From: Centroscyllium fabricii
Lineage: Eukaryota
NCBI GenBank assembly: GCA_051313645.2
Contig: JBNRSN020000002.1
Coordinates: 554,776,001 to 554,840,000, forward strand
DNA length: 64,000 bases
Direction: 5' to 3'
Positions within the stretch are counted from its first letter, which is position 1, and each line of letters begins with the position of its first letter. The notes beneath the pieces are model-generated. The model saw only the letters and a list, made by a program, of their open reading frames with translations, was not told the origin of the DNA and ran no database searches. A program made the position numbers and the translations under genes. Shown here piece by piece: positions 35,601 to 48,319 of this stretch.

Positions 35601-37278
35601 ACCGGCCCGGGAAATTTAACGAACCCCCAGATGCCCTATCCCGCGGTACCTGTGCCAGCGCACAGGCTGACCGTCTCCAAACCCTTCACAATGACCTCTG
35701 CCACCCGGGGGTCACCAGGTTGGTTCACTTTGTGAAGTCCCGCAACCTCCCCTACTCCATCGAAGAAGTCAAGACCATGACCAGCAACTGCCAGGTCTGT
35801 GCGGAGTGCAAGCCGCACTTCTACCGGCCCGACCGGGCGCACTTAATCAAGGCCACTCGTCCCTTTGAACGACTCAGTGTCGACTTTAAAGGGCCCCTTC
35901 CCTCAGCCAACAGGTACGTCTATTTCGTCAATGTTATAGATGAGTACTCCCGTTTCCCCTTCGCCATCCCCTGCCAGGACATGACCTCCGCCACCGTTAT
36001 CAAAGCCCTCAGTAGCATCTTCTCCCTGTTCGGGTACCCGAACTATATCCATAGTGACCGGGGGGCCTCTTTTATGAGTGACGAGCTGCGTCAGTTCCTG
36101 CTAGCAAAAGGCATCGCGACTAGCAGGACTACCAGCTACAACCCCCGGGGGAACGGGCAGGTAGAGAGGGAGAACGCCACGGTCTGGAAAGCCATCCAGT
36201 TAGCCCTAAAGTCCAAAGACCTCCCAGTCACCCGATGGCAGGACGTGCTCCCTGAAGCCCTCCACTCTATCCGGTCCCTCCTGTGTACTGCCACTAACGC
36301 CACCCCTCACGAAAGACTTTTTGCCTTCCCCAGGAAGTCAGCTTCCGGGACCTCGCTACCATCGTGGCTGCTATCCCCGGGACCGGTCCTGCTGCGGAAG
36401 CATGTGAGGGGACACAAGGCAGATCCCCTAGTCGAACGGGTCCACCTCCTGCACGCCAATCCCCAGTACGCTTACATAGAGTACCCTGACGGGAGGGAGG
36501 ACACCGTGTCCATAAAGGACCTAGCCCCAGCAGGAGTCCCCAAAACCAGCCCCGCCAGGCAGCCCGAGCTCCCAAAACGTCCTGTGACGCCCCCCGAGCC
36601 ACCGAGGCCGAAGTACACGCCCCGACACGTGGGGCCAGTACCCCAGTATGTCCACAAGGCACCTGCGAGCAGCACGACCCGGCCCCAAGCCTGGATCCAC
36701 AACGCGCGCCCCCTAGAGCCAGAGGACGAAGGAGAGAACGCGCCCCCTGCTGTCGAAATAAGGGCATCACCGCCACCCAGAAGTGACATAACCACCACCA
36801 GTCGACCGGCAGCAAGGGAACAACTGACACAACCAGCCACTCCACGACAACGAACACCACAGGCACCACCAGCGGTGCGAAGATCAGCGCGGATAACGAA
36901 ACCGCCTGAAAGACTGAATTTATAGTCATAAGAACTCTGATTGTATATATTTTGTTAATGAGCACCTTGTAATTATTAGTTTTTTTTCTCACCCAATGTG
37001 ATAAACTATATATCACTGTATATAACGAACCACCTTGTAATACCTTGTAATACCTTGTAATACCTGTAATACCTTGTAATACCTGTATGGGATCCCAGGG
37101 ACATACCTGGCGCCGCCCATGACTCCTCCCCCGCTGGAGGAGGTATATAAGAGACTGCTACCATCCCCCATGCCATTCTGGGGACAGTCAGCTCTGTTGA
37201 GTATTGCTAAACGTAGTTAATAAAAGCCTGATTATTATAACCAACTATTCGACTCCGAAGACGTTATTGACGGTTACA
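32641..37278 (+). mobile_element. Young full-length Gypsy LTR retrotransposon; LTRs 32641-32922 and 36997-37278
   Basis: 282-bp LTRs identical by eye, TG...CA termini, 5-bp duplication GCTTG. Confidence 0.96.
32942..36925 (+). CDS. Gypsy single-frame gag-pol polyprotein, broken by one TAA at 33236-33238
   Basis: ORFs 32942-33238 and 33257-36925 share a frame. Double CCHC, LFDSGS protease, YLDN RT, RNase H, HHCC and DDE integrase; no chromodomain or env seen. Confidence 0.93.
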
Positions 37279-37766
37279 GCTTGTTCAGTTAACCTGGTAA
37301 TCCTTTGGACCACACATCAGTCATACAGTCCCTCTGTTCGCTGCTGTGCGTCACCCTGAGGGTAGGCCGGTTTCAAGGAGCTTCACTGCTAACCATTCAG
37401 CTGCAGTGTGCTGTGGAACCTCATTCGTCCTGCTGTAAGTCCTTCTGCCATGTTGCATCAGCATCGTTGCATATCTGTGAGGCCTGCCCGATTGCTGCCC
37501 AGCCTGCATAAGGTTTCAATGTGGAAGGGCCATTCGCAAGATGTCAGACATGACAACTGCATCAGGTGGCACCTGCAGTGGACTGCTGTGTGACCACTGC
37601 TTTGGAGACCTAACTTACACTAACACCCAAGTGACTCCCGTTGTGCCTAAGGGTACTTACTGGTTATTTTACAAGTGCTCCTATGTGGTGCTATCCCTGT
37701 GGTGTCAGCAGATGTGGAGGCCCCCTGCTGAGTGCCCTGCTGCTCCTGTGTGGACACCTTTGGCGG

Positions 37767-39699
37767 TCATCCTCTGGGGCGGCGAGCCGGTGGGGTCTCG
37801 CTACCAGTCTGCTGCTCCTGCGGCTGGGCAGGGTATGAGACTTCCATCTCAGGCGCATGGGGACTCCGGCGGGCCTCTGACTGAGGGCTCTGAAGTGGTA
37901 TGGACGTGGGAGCGCTTGGAGAGGAGCCCCCACCTCCTTCAGCTGCACCACCAACCTCACTCTCATGGGTCACCTCCCCCTCAGTGCCAGCAAGTGGCTG
38001 AACAGCACCTTGCTGCACTTCAGGGGGGCCATGGGGACCCGTTTCTGAAGTGGAAGTCCTACTCAGAGGGGCTTCCAGGAAGGTCTGGGTCATCTGCTCA
38101 ATAGATGCCACTCGCTGCTCAGGAGATGTGTATCTATTGTGGGCAGTGCCCATGTCTTCGAAAGACTGGCGACTTATGTGCTCGATGGCCGTGGCCATCC
38201 TCTCGTCCACGGTCGCTATCCTATCCATGGTGGTCGCCACCCTTTCCATGGTTTTCGACTTCCTTTCCATCGTGCTCGACATCCTTTCCATGGTGGTTGC
38301 CATCCTTTCCATGGTGATGCGATCATGCGCCACTGACTCCACAAGGTCGCTTCTCATGCTTGCGACAGACTCCTCCATTCGCATGACACTCGCAGCTACC
38401 TGGGAGACAAAACCTGTCAGAGACTCCTGCATCTGTGTCTGGAGTCCCATCATGTGTGCTCTGCCTGATCGATCCAAAGGCGCTGTGTCTACATGCAGCT
38501 CAGCTAAGCTGGCAGAGTCCTGCGCCCTCCGACTAGGACCCTGCACTGCTGTCCCTGTCTCCACAATCTGCTGAAGCTCACTAGTGCTGTCTGAATCACC
38601 CAGTGACAAGTTATATGTAGCTCTAGGGGGGCCCACCGAGGTGCTAGTATCTGCGCTGGTGCCGGGTGGAGTGTGTGGTGCTGACGGTGCACCCTCAGAG
38701 GTGGCATGTTCCTCTGAGGACTGGACAGGGGCGGCCTGCTGATGAGCTGCGGTTGTCTGTCCATCTGAAGCTGGCCCTGTGGGGCAGTAAAGGCAGAGGT
38801 TAGAGATATGTCAGCAAGGTTACATACAGATAGCATTCAGGAGCTGAGCAGAGCTGCCTCTGCAGTGCTTTTACATTCATTGTGGCAGTCTCATGTGTTA
38901 GTTTTAAGATACATAATTGAACCATGCTGTCACCAGCTCGAGATTGCCTGCCTGCTTCGCCGTCACCCACTCCCGGGGCTTGCCCCTCCCCAACGAGGTC
39001 CAGCACTGCCTCTTCCCAGGTGGTGAGCTGCTGGATGGTGGGGGGTCCTCCTCCGGTCCCGGCGCTGTGCCGCTTGTTGGCAGCTGTCTTTTCCTGCAAT
39101 GAGGGAGAGAAGTGGAGGTTGAGTGAGAAGGAAGGAGTTGGTGCAGCGAGTGAGCAGCAAAGTTTGTTGCAGGGTGACAAAGATGCAGTGAGCCTGCAAG
39201 ACCAAAGGCTCTCCCGTGTGCTTCCAGATGTGCAGCAAGCATGAGAGTGAGAGGGAGTGTGAGGGCTGAATGGAGGGAAAGGACCGTGAGTGTGAGCATA
39301 GATAGAGAGGGAATGGGTAAGGTTGCTTGGAGGTGATGGGCAAGTGGGATGTGGAGGAAGGTAGCAGTGAAGATATGTTGTGGTGAGGAGAGGTGAGGGG
39401 GATAAGATTGAGGGTGAGGGGAAATGAATACTTACTCTGGCAGTGCGATGAAGGTCATGCAGTCGCTTGCGACACTGCAGCCAGGACCGGGGTGTTGCGC
39501 CCAAGGAGCTGACCCCCTCAGCCACCTGCTTCCATGCAGCCTTGGTCTGTGAGGGAGGTCTCTTCCTCCCTGAGGAGGGGAAGAGAACCTCCCTATGGGT
39601 AGTTGCCCCCTCGAGCAATGCGTCGAGGGATGCATCATTAAATTTGGGGGCGGATCGTCCCCTGGCGCTGCCCGATGCAGCATCCTCACGCTCTGCCAT
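37767..39699 (-). CDS. Spliced Harbinger Myb/SANT-like gene: exons 39699-39436, 39093-38934, 38776-37767
   Basis: Exon 1 RSAPKFND..LDALL..W..VA..V..RSWLQCRKRLHDL; exon 2 GTGGGP motif; GT/AG junctions in phases 0 and 1 keep one frame into the 289-aa ORF. Confidence 0.8.
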
Positions 39700-42036
39700 C
39701 CTGCTGAAGGTTGCAGAGCTCTGAGCAGTGCGGGAGGTGAGCTGTTTTTTTAAAGAAAACCCGAATCCTGACGTCATACTGTGCGACTTTCTGACTGGAA
39801 ATCGGTGATTGGGAAGGCTTCCCACATGTGGGGAATTAATTGGATCGTTAGAGGAAAATTGCGTGGGAAACGCCGCCACCTAATCGGGCGGGACAAAAAC
39901 CCGCCCCGCCCAATTCCCGCCAGTTTCCCGCCATTAGACGAAAATTCCCCCCAGGGAGTGGGCGGGCGAGGCCATGGAGAGATTTAAAAACAAGGATGAG
40001 AATTTTTAAAATTTTAAATGAGAAACACAAACATTGTTGGGCTTTGATGGAGTAGCTCATGCTTAGTAGGAATACACTTAAAAATCAAAATCGACCTTAC
40101 CCAACACTGAAGTGTTGAAATCCCTATGTAAAGTTATTAGCAGCATGTAGTCCAGCCACTCCCACTTGCTTGTATGTTTCTGGTTTAGTGATCAGGCTTG
40201 ACATCATTACTCTCAACCATTCTGATTTGCTATGTTGCTGTGCATCCATTGTTTATTGAAGTGTTGTTTAGCCTACCAGAGTGCTGGTTACATGCAGGTG
40301 GGAAAAATCTTAAAGCACTAATAACTGGGCAGTGCAGAAGCAGCAAAGAAAGGCCTCGTGCATTGAACTTGAAATACAAGATGGTCAAGAGGTTGGACAA
40401 TGGATCTCTGAATCTACAACAATGAAAACTACAATAACCACAATGGTTTTGATTGGTTTGTGCCTGTGAACCATGTTAAAAGAGCCAATGCATTGTAGTT
40501 AATGTAGGACTCAGGCTGTAGAGTCCTGTCGAGGACTGGAGGAACACCATATGAATGTTGAGGAAAGAGAAAAGGAGCTTAAATCCTCAGTCTACTCCTT
40601 GACTCGGATTGGCCGCCATCCGCTATCGGGAGCGCCGGCAGGGAGCCCGGTCGGGCGGCGAGATGCGGGGCGCCGATCGGTGAGCGGGGAGCTCTGAGGA
40701 CTCGGGGGGATCTGGTGATGGCGCCGGGCCGAGAGCTAGGTCGCAGGCCGGGATGGTGCCTGGAGGGGGCTGGGCTAGGCCCCAGGCCTCAGGCCCGGAG
40801 CTCAGATCTCAGCGGAGCCAGGATGGCGCCTGGAGGAGAGCTGGACCCCAGGCCTTGGGACGCTGCACCCGGAGTTAGGAGCTCCGTGGATTCGGGGGAT
40901 CCGGCATGGTGTCGGGCCAAAAGGAGTCAAGTCACGAGAAACAACGGAAGAAACAGCAGCAGAGCAAGTTAACGGAGCGGTAGAGGACAATTAACATTGA
41001 ACTGAGAGGCCGGAGCAGGAATGGGACCCACGATGATGGCGCCGGAGAATGGCTAATGTCTTGCGGGCTCGTGCGTGCTGGGCAGCTTAATGTCCTTGTT
41101 GCGCGGTGCGTTCGGATTGTAAATAAGCATTTCACTGTCTAGATTTTATTTAGTACATGTGACAATAAAATTGAACTTGAACTTGATAACATTTTTTGAA
41201 TACTGCTGTCGATACAAGTTTGGTTGCATATTTCACAAGAATGAGGAAGTCCACTTGATGCTCTTGGTTTCATCTGCCTTAGAGAGGTCCCACAGACCCC
41301 CCAACCACAGCATTCAACTGTTTCTAAAAGGATTCTAGTGTCTTTGCCTCCACAATTCGAACCTGGAAGCTCATTGCACATGTTGCTCACGCTCTGTGTG
41401 AAGACCCTGCTGACCTCAGTCCGAAATTTGTCTTTGACGTCAGCCTTGGCTCAGTGGTAGCTTTCTCATCTCTGATTAGGAAGATTGTGGGTTCAAACCC
41501 AATTCTGGAAATTTGAGCACATCGCCAAGGCTGACGTTTCAGTGGACTACTGAGGCGATTGCTGGCATGTCGAAGGGGCCTTCTATTGGCTGTGAACCCC
41601 CCCCCATCTGCCCTCGCAGGCGGACGTACGAGGTCCCGTGGCACGATTTGAAGGAGAGTGAAGGAATTCTCTCAGGTGTCCTGGCTAACCGTTACCCTCA
41701 ACCAACAATGTGGTGATATTGAACAAACCTCCGGGGGAAGGTTGAATGGTGAACCCTGTACATGTCACTTCCTGTGCCCAGATAGTATAAATACTAGAAC
41801 TGCTCAGTATGGGGTAGATACTTCATCTGGAAGCATGGTAAAACCCACCTTTGTAAATAGTGACAATATAGTGGATTAAAACTTTACTTTAAAGTTATTG
41901 ATGTATCAGACTCGTTTATTACATTAAACATCACTAAAACAGATGATCTGGCCATTTATCTCATTGCTGTTTGTGGGGTCTTGCTGTGCGTAAATTGGCT
42001 GCTGTGATTCCGACATTACAACAGTGACTACACTTC

Positions 42037-43030
42037 GCGATAGCAAAATACTGCAGAGGCTGAAAATCCGAAATAACAACAGAAAATGCTGGAAAAACTC
42101 AGCCGGCCAGGCAACATCCATGGAGAGAAATATAGAGTCGACGTTTCGGGTTGGGACCCTTTTTCAAGACTAAAGATGGGGAATGAAACAAGCAGGAAGG
42201 GGGGGGGGGGGGAGGTGGGAGGGAACAAAGAGAAGACAGCACAAAGAGAAAAGACTTTGAGAGCGATTCAAAATGAGATGAGATGCTGTGGGCAGGAGAC
42301 AGCTGTAGATTAGTTGTGATAAAAACTGGCAGAACGGGAGATGGCTGCCACGATAGAGAAAAGAAAGGCCAAATAAAAGATGTGGATACAAATAGGTAAA
42401 AATATAATGGGGGCCGAATGGGGGCTGCTCACGATGCGGTCTCCTCTACATTGGGGAAGCCAAATGCAGATTGGGTGACTGCTTTGTGGAACACCTCCGT
42501 TCAGTCCGTAAGGGGGACCCCGAGCTCCCGGTCGCCTGTCACTTTAATTCACCGCTCCACTCCCACTCTGATCTCGCTGTCCTTGGCTGATTACATTGTT
42601 CGTCAGAAGTTCAACGTAAACTCGAGGAACAACACCTCATCTTCCGATTAGGCACTTTACAGCCCTCCGGACTCAATATCGAGTTCAACAATTTCAGATC
42701 ATAACTTCGGCCCCCATTATATTTTTACCTCTTTTTATCCACGCCTTTTATTTGGCCTTTCCTTTCTCTATTGTGGCAGCCACCTCCCGTTCTGCCAGAG
42801 TTTTTCACACCTGATCAACAGCATCTCGTCTCATTTTGAATCACTCGCAAAGTCTTTTCTCTTTGTGCTGTCTTCTCCTTGTTCCCTCCCACCTCCCCCC
42901 GCCTTCCTGCTTATTTCATTCCCCAGCTTTAGTCTTGACAAAGGGTCCGGACCCGAAACGTCGACTCTATATTTCTCTCCACCAATGTTGCCTGGCCTGC
43001 TGAGTTTTTCCAGCATTTTCTGTTGTTATT
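42037..43030 (+). mobile_element. Penelope-like element 3' fragment with a long inverted 5' tail copy
   Basis: 42037-42418 is the reverse complement of about 42705-43030; GIY-YIG C-terminus between them; 15-bp duplication CAGTGACTACACTTC. Confidence 0.85.
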
Positions 43031-43081
43031 CAGTGACTACACTTCACTGGGTGTGAGGCACTTTGGACATCCTGAGATCAT

Positions 43082-43582
43082 TGTTGTGGAAGAAACCACT
43101 CGGAGTCACGGGTAGGCTGTGATATGAGAGAAACTTTAGTACAGGCAAGCAGGGGAGAGCCTTCAGCGTACCGAAGCCTCTCAAATTTACAATGGTTGGT
43201 GCAATATATTTATACATAATCAAACTGCTACTGATAATTGTTCAACCGTTAATTACTGGTTACGTAGGCTTTGGCAGATGCTTCCCGCTATCTCAACTGT
43301 CCCAGACCCAAGGTCCTTACATCTGCCTTTCTGCAGTTTTGTTTATCTTATCCAGTGTCCAGTTACCATTATCTTTGTTCATTGTTCCTGACTCAAAGAT
43401 TCGTGGAGAAACTTGATTGCAACTGCTGCTACTCTTAAAATCCTGACTCTACACTTTGGTCTGATTTTTGGTCAAGCTTCCCATCATACCTTGCAGTTAC
43501 AGTTACATTTTTAATAGCAAAGCTTCGAACACAACCATAATACACATTTAAAGGTTATCCAAACCTACAGGTTACCCTATCA
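43082..43582. mobile_element. Solo LTR (about 500 bp)
   Basis: TG...CA termini with 5-bp duplication ATCAT inside the SINE tail. Confidence 0.75.
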
Positions 43583-43767
43583 ATCATGAAAGGTGCTATA
43601 TAAATGCAAGTTCATTTTTTTACTTCCTTCTTTTACTAGGTTGACCCCAGGTGATGATTTAGTTTCGATTCCATTTACTATCACATATAAGGCCAGCCAT
43701 CAATTGCCTTCTTTCGAGCCTGGAGAGCCCACGTTTTTCCTTGTAACTCAGTCTTCGAACACTATGT

Positions 43768-45063
43768 GGTCAGTTTTCCTGGAGCTGCCAGGCAGGTTTT
43801 TGGGCGGGAGGGGAGGTAAAAATCATGAAAACGGGGGTCCGCGACCCCTCTTGCCACCTTCCCGCCCACTTGTCAGTTTCACCCGGCGGGTCCGATCGGC
43901 CCGCCTCAGTCCCACCCGGCATCGGAGGGGATGGTCTTTAGGCTCATTAGGGGCCCTTAATTGGCATCGGTAATGCCATTTTAAGGGCCCTTTGCCATTT
44001 TGAGCCTCTTCCCACGCAGAACCCGCCTGGTGGGAACACCGCCGTTGAAAGCTGGTGGTCACACAATCGGCTGGGTGACTGCCACCATCAAGGCATGGAA
44101 ACAGCAGCTGCAGAATGGCTTGCTGGCCTCCAACATGCTGGAGGTGTAACTATCTCCCCAGGGTGCCCAACATCAGTGGCCAAAAACCTTTACAAACCTT
44201 ACTTACCAGATGCATCCCAGTGGCTCACAGAAAACATGCTGCGGAGCTGTCAGGAGGCTGCCTGTGAAGCAAAGCACTTACAACTGTCAATCATCCAGTT
44301 GGTGTTAGTTTCTGTTGACATTACATTGTGCACTCTGAAACCACAAACAAACAGAACCAGCCTAGTTAAAGCTGTCACTCTTAGAGTTGTGGTTCCATCT
44401 GTTGATATTGCACACGGTGGCGCAGTGGTTAGCACTGCTACCTCGCAATAAGGAGCTCCTGGGTTCGAATCCCGTTTGGCCCGGGACCTCTCTGCATGGA
44501 GTTTGCATGTTCTCCCCGTGTTCGTGTGGGTTTCCTCCGGGTACTCCGATTTCCTCCCACCACCCAAAGACATGCAGGTTAGGTGAATTGGAGATACTAA
44601 AAAAAAAATGCCCATGAGTATGTGTGTGAGATATAGTTCTTAGAGTTGGGGGTGTCGGGCGATATGGGGAGAGGGTAGGAGGGGGTGCTGGGTTTAGATG
44701 ATCAGCCATGATCTCATCAAAATGGCAGAGCAGGCTCGAAGGGCCAAATGGCCTACTCCTGCTCCTATCTTCTGTGTTTCTGTGTTTCTGTATTATGATG
44801 TCATAATGCCCTGAAACCACAGAAAGAGAAACACCAAGCCTATCACTACAGCTGCCTATCATCGGCTCTGCTACTGACACAGAGCAAAGCCTGCCCGCTT
44901 TCTATGTAAAATCAATCAATTGCCAGGGGCTTCCCACACTCGGGGATTTAATTGGCCAATTGAGCCAAAATTGCGTGGGGCTTCCACACCTTTCAGAAAT
45001 GGGGAAGATAGAGTGATCAGCGGGGATCCCATCCATTTCCCACACCTTCAGGAAAAGTGACCC
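43768..45063. mobile_element. Harbinger-type MITE with an HE1-like SINE (44412-44790) inside
   Basis: Inverted homologue of 59471-60330; shares AGGGCCCTTAATTGGCATC with the left arm of 29717-39952. Confidence 0.65.
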
Positions 45064-46106
45064 CTATGGCTCAATCTCACGACTCTCCTAACTGCTTCCA
45101 GGGAAGGTTTAGGCCTCCCGTTCCCCGGAACGCCCACTTCGCTCCTGCGACACCCTCCCAGGAACCCCTTCCACACACTTACCTGAGTTGCTGGCAGGCG
45201 TCCATGGGCCTGCCCGATTTTCCTGAGGCCAGGAGGGACCAGCGGCATGGCAACGATGCCCCCCCCCCCCCGAGTGGTTAAAGTCGGTGTGGCCGTACGC
45301 TGCCGCCGGGTGGGCCAGATACAGACTCTGACTCCATCGGAGACCTGTTGAGAGTTAAAAATCAGGTCCCGAGTCACGGGAGTGGTGCTTGAACCCTTAA
45401 CCTTCTGACTCAGAGGAGAGGGTGCTCTCACTGGGCCAAGGCTGACGAGGAAGCAGGAGAATATGACAAGTGAACGAAAGACTTGTATTTCTATAGCGCC
45501 TTTCATGACCTCAGGACGTCCCAAACCACTTTACAGCCAATGAAGTACTTTTGAAGCGAAGTCATGGTTGCAATCAAATCAATTTCTTTTTGTTTCAATA
45601 GTTTTGGAATTTTTCCTTCGTTTTTATCGCTCTCTCTCTCTACATACTCCATTACCCAGGAGAATGGTTGGGTTGGAATCAGACCTCCCAGCTCCCCACT
45701 GGCAACAGTCCTATACAAACTATCCAGCAGATGGCGCACTACTGCGGTTAGTGGAGGTTAAGTCAACAATCTGCCAATCAGGAGGAAGCACCTTGAGGTC
45801 GGAATTAATGTAAAGCATCGTAGTTTTGGAGCAGGTCCGGTAGGAATCTATGGAGAACTCTGGTAACATTTACAGAACATTTTTAGGGGCATTGTAAAAT
45901 GATTCAAGAGAACGTTTTTGCCTCTGTTGATAAACGTGCAACACATGGGCATTCAACTTAAATGATACCAATATTAAAGGGTCAAACGGCTGTACGGTAA
46001 ACGATAGCAAAATACTGCAGATGCTGAAAATCCAAAATAACAACAGAAAACACTGGAGAAACTCAGCAGGCCAGGCAGCATCGGTGGAGAGAGAAGCAGA
46101 GTTAAC

Positions 46107-46880
46107 GGGGGGGATTTTCATGTCCCCTTGAAGCGGGGTTTTGGGCGGCTGGGAGGTGAAAATGGCAAATTTTTGGGTCCCGCCCCAGCCCGCTGGATCC
46201 CTGCCATTTTTGCATTTTCGGACGGCCTCTTTCCCGCTCCAAATCTTTCCCGCCGGCGGCCGGCGGGGATGGTTGTTACGGTCCTTAAGGGCCCTTAATT
46301 GGCATCTGTAATGCCATTTTAAGGGCCCTTAGGAATTTTCAGCTGCTTCCAACCCTAACCCCACCACCTAAACCCCGCTGGGTTTCACAGCGCTGGTCAT
46401 TATTTTCTCCTTCAAGGTGTGAAGAACATGCTGCAAAATGCTTGGCATGCCTCCAGCACCTTGGAGGAGTAAGTGACTCCGTGGTGGGTGCACCAGCTGT
46501 GGGCAAAAACTGAGAAATCTCAGCTTTGCACATTTCCTCACAGCCGGTGCCGAGCTGTCAAGGATTTGCAGCCCGCCCGCCCACCTGTCAGTCACCAGCA
46601 CTTGACCTTTCCCATTGGTTCCACTCGACTGTGATGTCACAGCAGAGTGTTTCCATGGGAACTGTCAACAACCAGTGCTGGAACTGTCAATCAAACTGCT
46701 CGAGCCCCGCTGCAGCCCTGACTCGATTGATTCAATTATCACCAGCTGCCGCAGGCGGGGATTTAACAGCTCAATTAAATGAAAATTGCGTGGGGTTCCC
46801 AGGTCTTTGGCCAGGCGGGACAGGAACCCGCCCCGACCAATCCCCGCCAGGTTCCCGCACTTCTGGCAAAATCCCCCCCC
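46107..46880. mobile_element. Harbinger MITE related to the 29717-39952 element, inserted in a Penelope tail
   Basis: GGGGGGATTTTC...GCAAAATCCCCC termini; left arm homologous to 29717-30160. Confidence 0.72.
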
Positions 46881-47357
46881 CCAATTTTTCAGGTCAATGA
46901 CCTTTCTTCAGAACTGGAGCAGCCGGGAGCGGGGATAGATTTTAAAGCTAGTAGGGGCTGGGGAAAGCGGGAGAGGGGGCTGAAAGAACAAAGGAAAGAT
47001 CATAAATTCAAGGAACACAGGATGGCGCTGGATAGGTGTGAACGGCTCTGGCAGAGTAAAGAAAAAAGAAAAAAGCCCAGACGAAAGTGTGGATTGAAAA
47101 AAGAGAGAAAATAGATATATATATAAAAAAGTGTGGTGGGGGCCGAGGTTATGATCTGAAATTGTTGAACTCTATGTTTAGTCCAGAGGGCTGTAGAGTG
47201 CCGAAGCGAAAGATGAGGTGCTGTTCCTCGAGTTTGTACGGTAAAGGCAGTTTTGTGAAATTGACCAATCATGAGAAACTGACTAAATTTTGTATCCCAG
47301 CATAACATGAGGAACCAACGAGACTTTTAAAAGGAATTTGTAATACACGCTCTGAAT

Positions 47358-47977
47358 TCATAGAATCATAGAATCCCTACAGTGCAGATAGAGGTCATTT
47401 CGGCCCATTGAGCCTGCACTGACACACATAACCGACACATAAGGTTATGGTGAGCGGGCAGGTAAGTGGACGTGAGGCTAGGTTCAGATCGGCCATGTGA
47501 TCTCCTGGACCAGTTTTCGTTCGCCTAGATGGGTCGGAGAGGAATTTCCCAGATTTTTTCTCCCAAATTGGCTACTGGGTTTTTTATCTGGTTTTTCGCC
47601 TCTCCCAGGTGATCACATGGGTTTGGGCGGGGTGGAGAGTTAAAATAAAATTGAGGTTAGGATCAGATCAGCCATGATCTTGTTGAATGGCGGAGCAGGC
47701 TCGAGGGGCCGATTGGCCGACTCCTGCTCCTATTTCTTATGTTCTTATATCCCACTCTATCCCCGTAGCCCCACATATTCAATCCCCCTAACACTAAGGG
47801 TCAATTTATCCTGGCCAATCAACCTAACCCGCACATCTTTGGACTGTGGGAGGAAACCGGAGCACCCGGAGGAAACCCACGCAGACACAGGGAGAATGTG
47901 CAAACTCCACACAGATAGTCACCCGAGGCCGGATTTGAACTCGGGCCCCTGACGCTGTGAGGCAACAGTGCTAACCA
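47358..47977 (-). mobile_element. HE1-like SINE with a CR1 3' UTR fragment (about 47440-47747) inserted
   Basis: SINE core on minus; the insert matches 18020-18319. Confidence 0.72.
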
Positions 47978-48319
47978 GAATAAGAACCACAGACACGACA
48001 CCTTTTACTTCATCAATATGCTAACCCAGGAATTGGCTGGAATAATCAAACCACACAAGGGGCATGTGTTTGTGTAAATTCAACTGACTATCCTGTCCAG
48101 TTGTTAACCAGACTTATAATTGGTTCCCCCGAGGCTGGAATGGCTCCCTCATCTTTTGGAAATATGAATGCCGGGGTTGCCGTTGGATTGAAACCCATTC
48201 AATAACCTTTCAAACTGAGGATAAGCAAGGACGTATCTAATCAAGACGTTTCTTTGTGTGATAATGGTCGAACATCAGACAGGATGAAGACATTTCGTTT
48301 TGGTGTGTGTGATTTGTGT

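Larger units (their letters stand above)
29717..39952. mobile_element. Two-gene PIF/Harbinger transposon with a Gypsy nested between its convergent genes
   Basis: TIR GGGGGAACTTTCGT...ACGAAAATTCCCCC, probable AGG duplication, transposase (+) and Myb gene (-). Confidence 0.85.
41440..43612 (+). mobile_element. SacSINE1-like SINE split by three insertions (LTR-like 41709-41923, Penelope, solo LTR)
   Basis: Head at about 41440 and tail TATATAAATGCAAGT at about 43600; intervening pieces are collinear. Confidence 0.7.

Noticed and set aside
36294-37016. Antisense or env-like ORF in the Gypsy
   Set aside because: It is the antisense shadow of the Pro-rich integrase tail, with no envelope features.
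38800-39879. 359-aa single-exon ORF
   Set aside because: It reads through a Pro/Ser/His-rich intron (39435-39094); the spliced model fits better.
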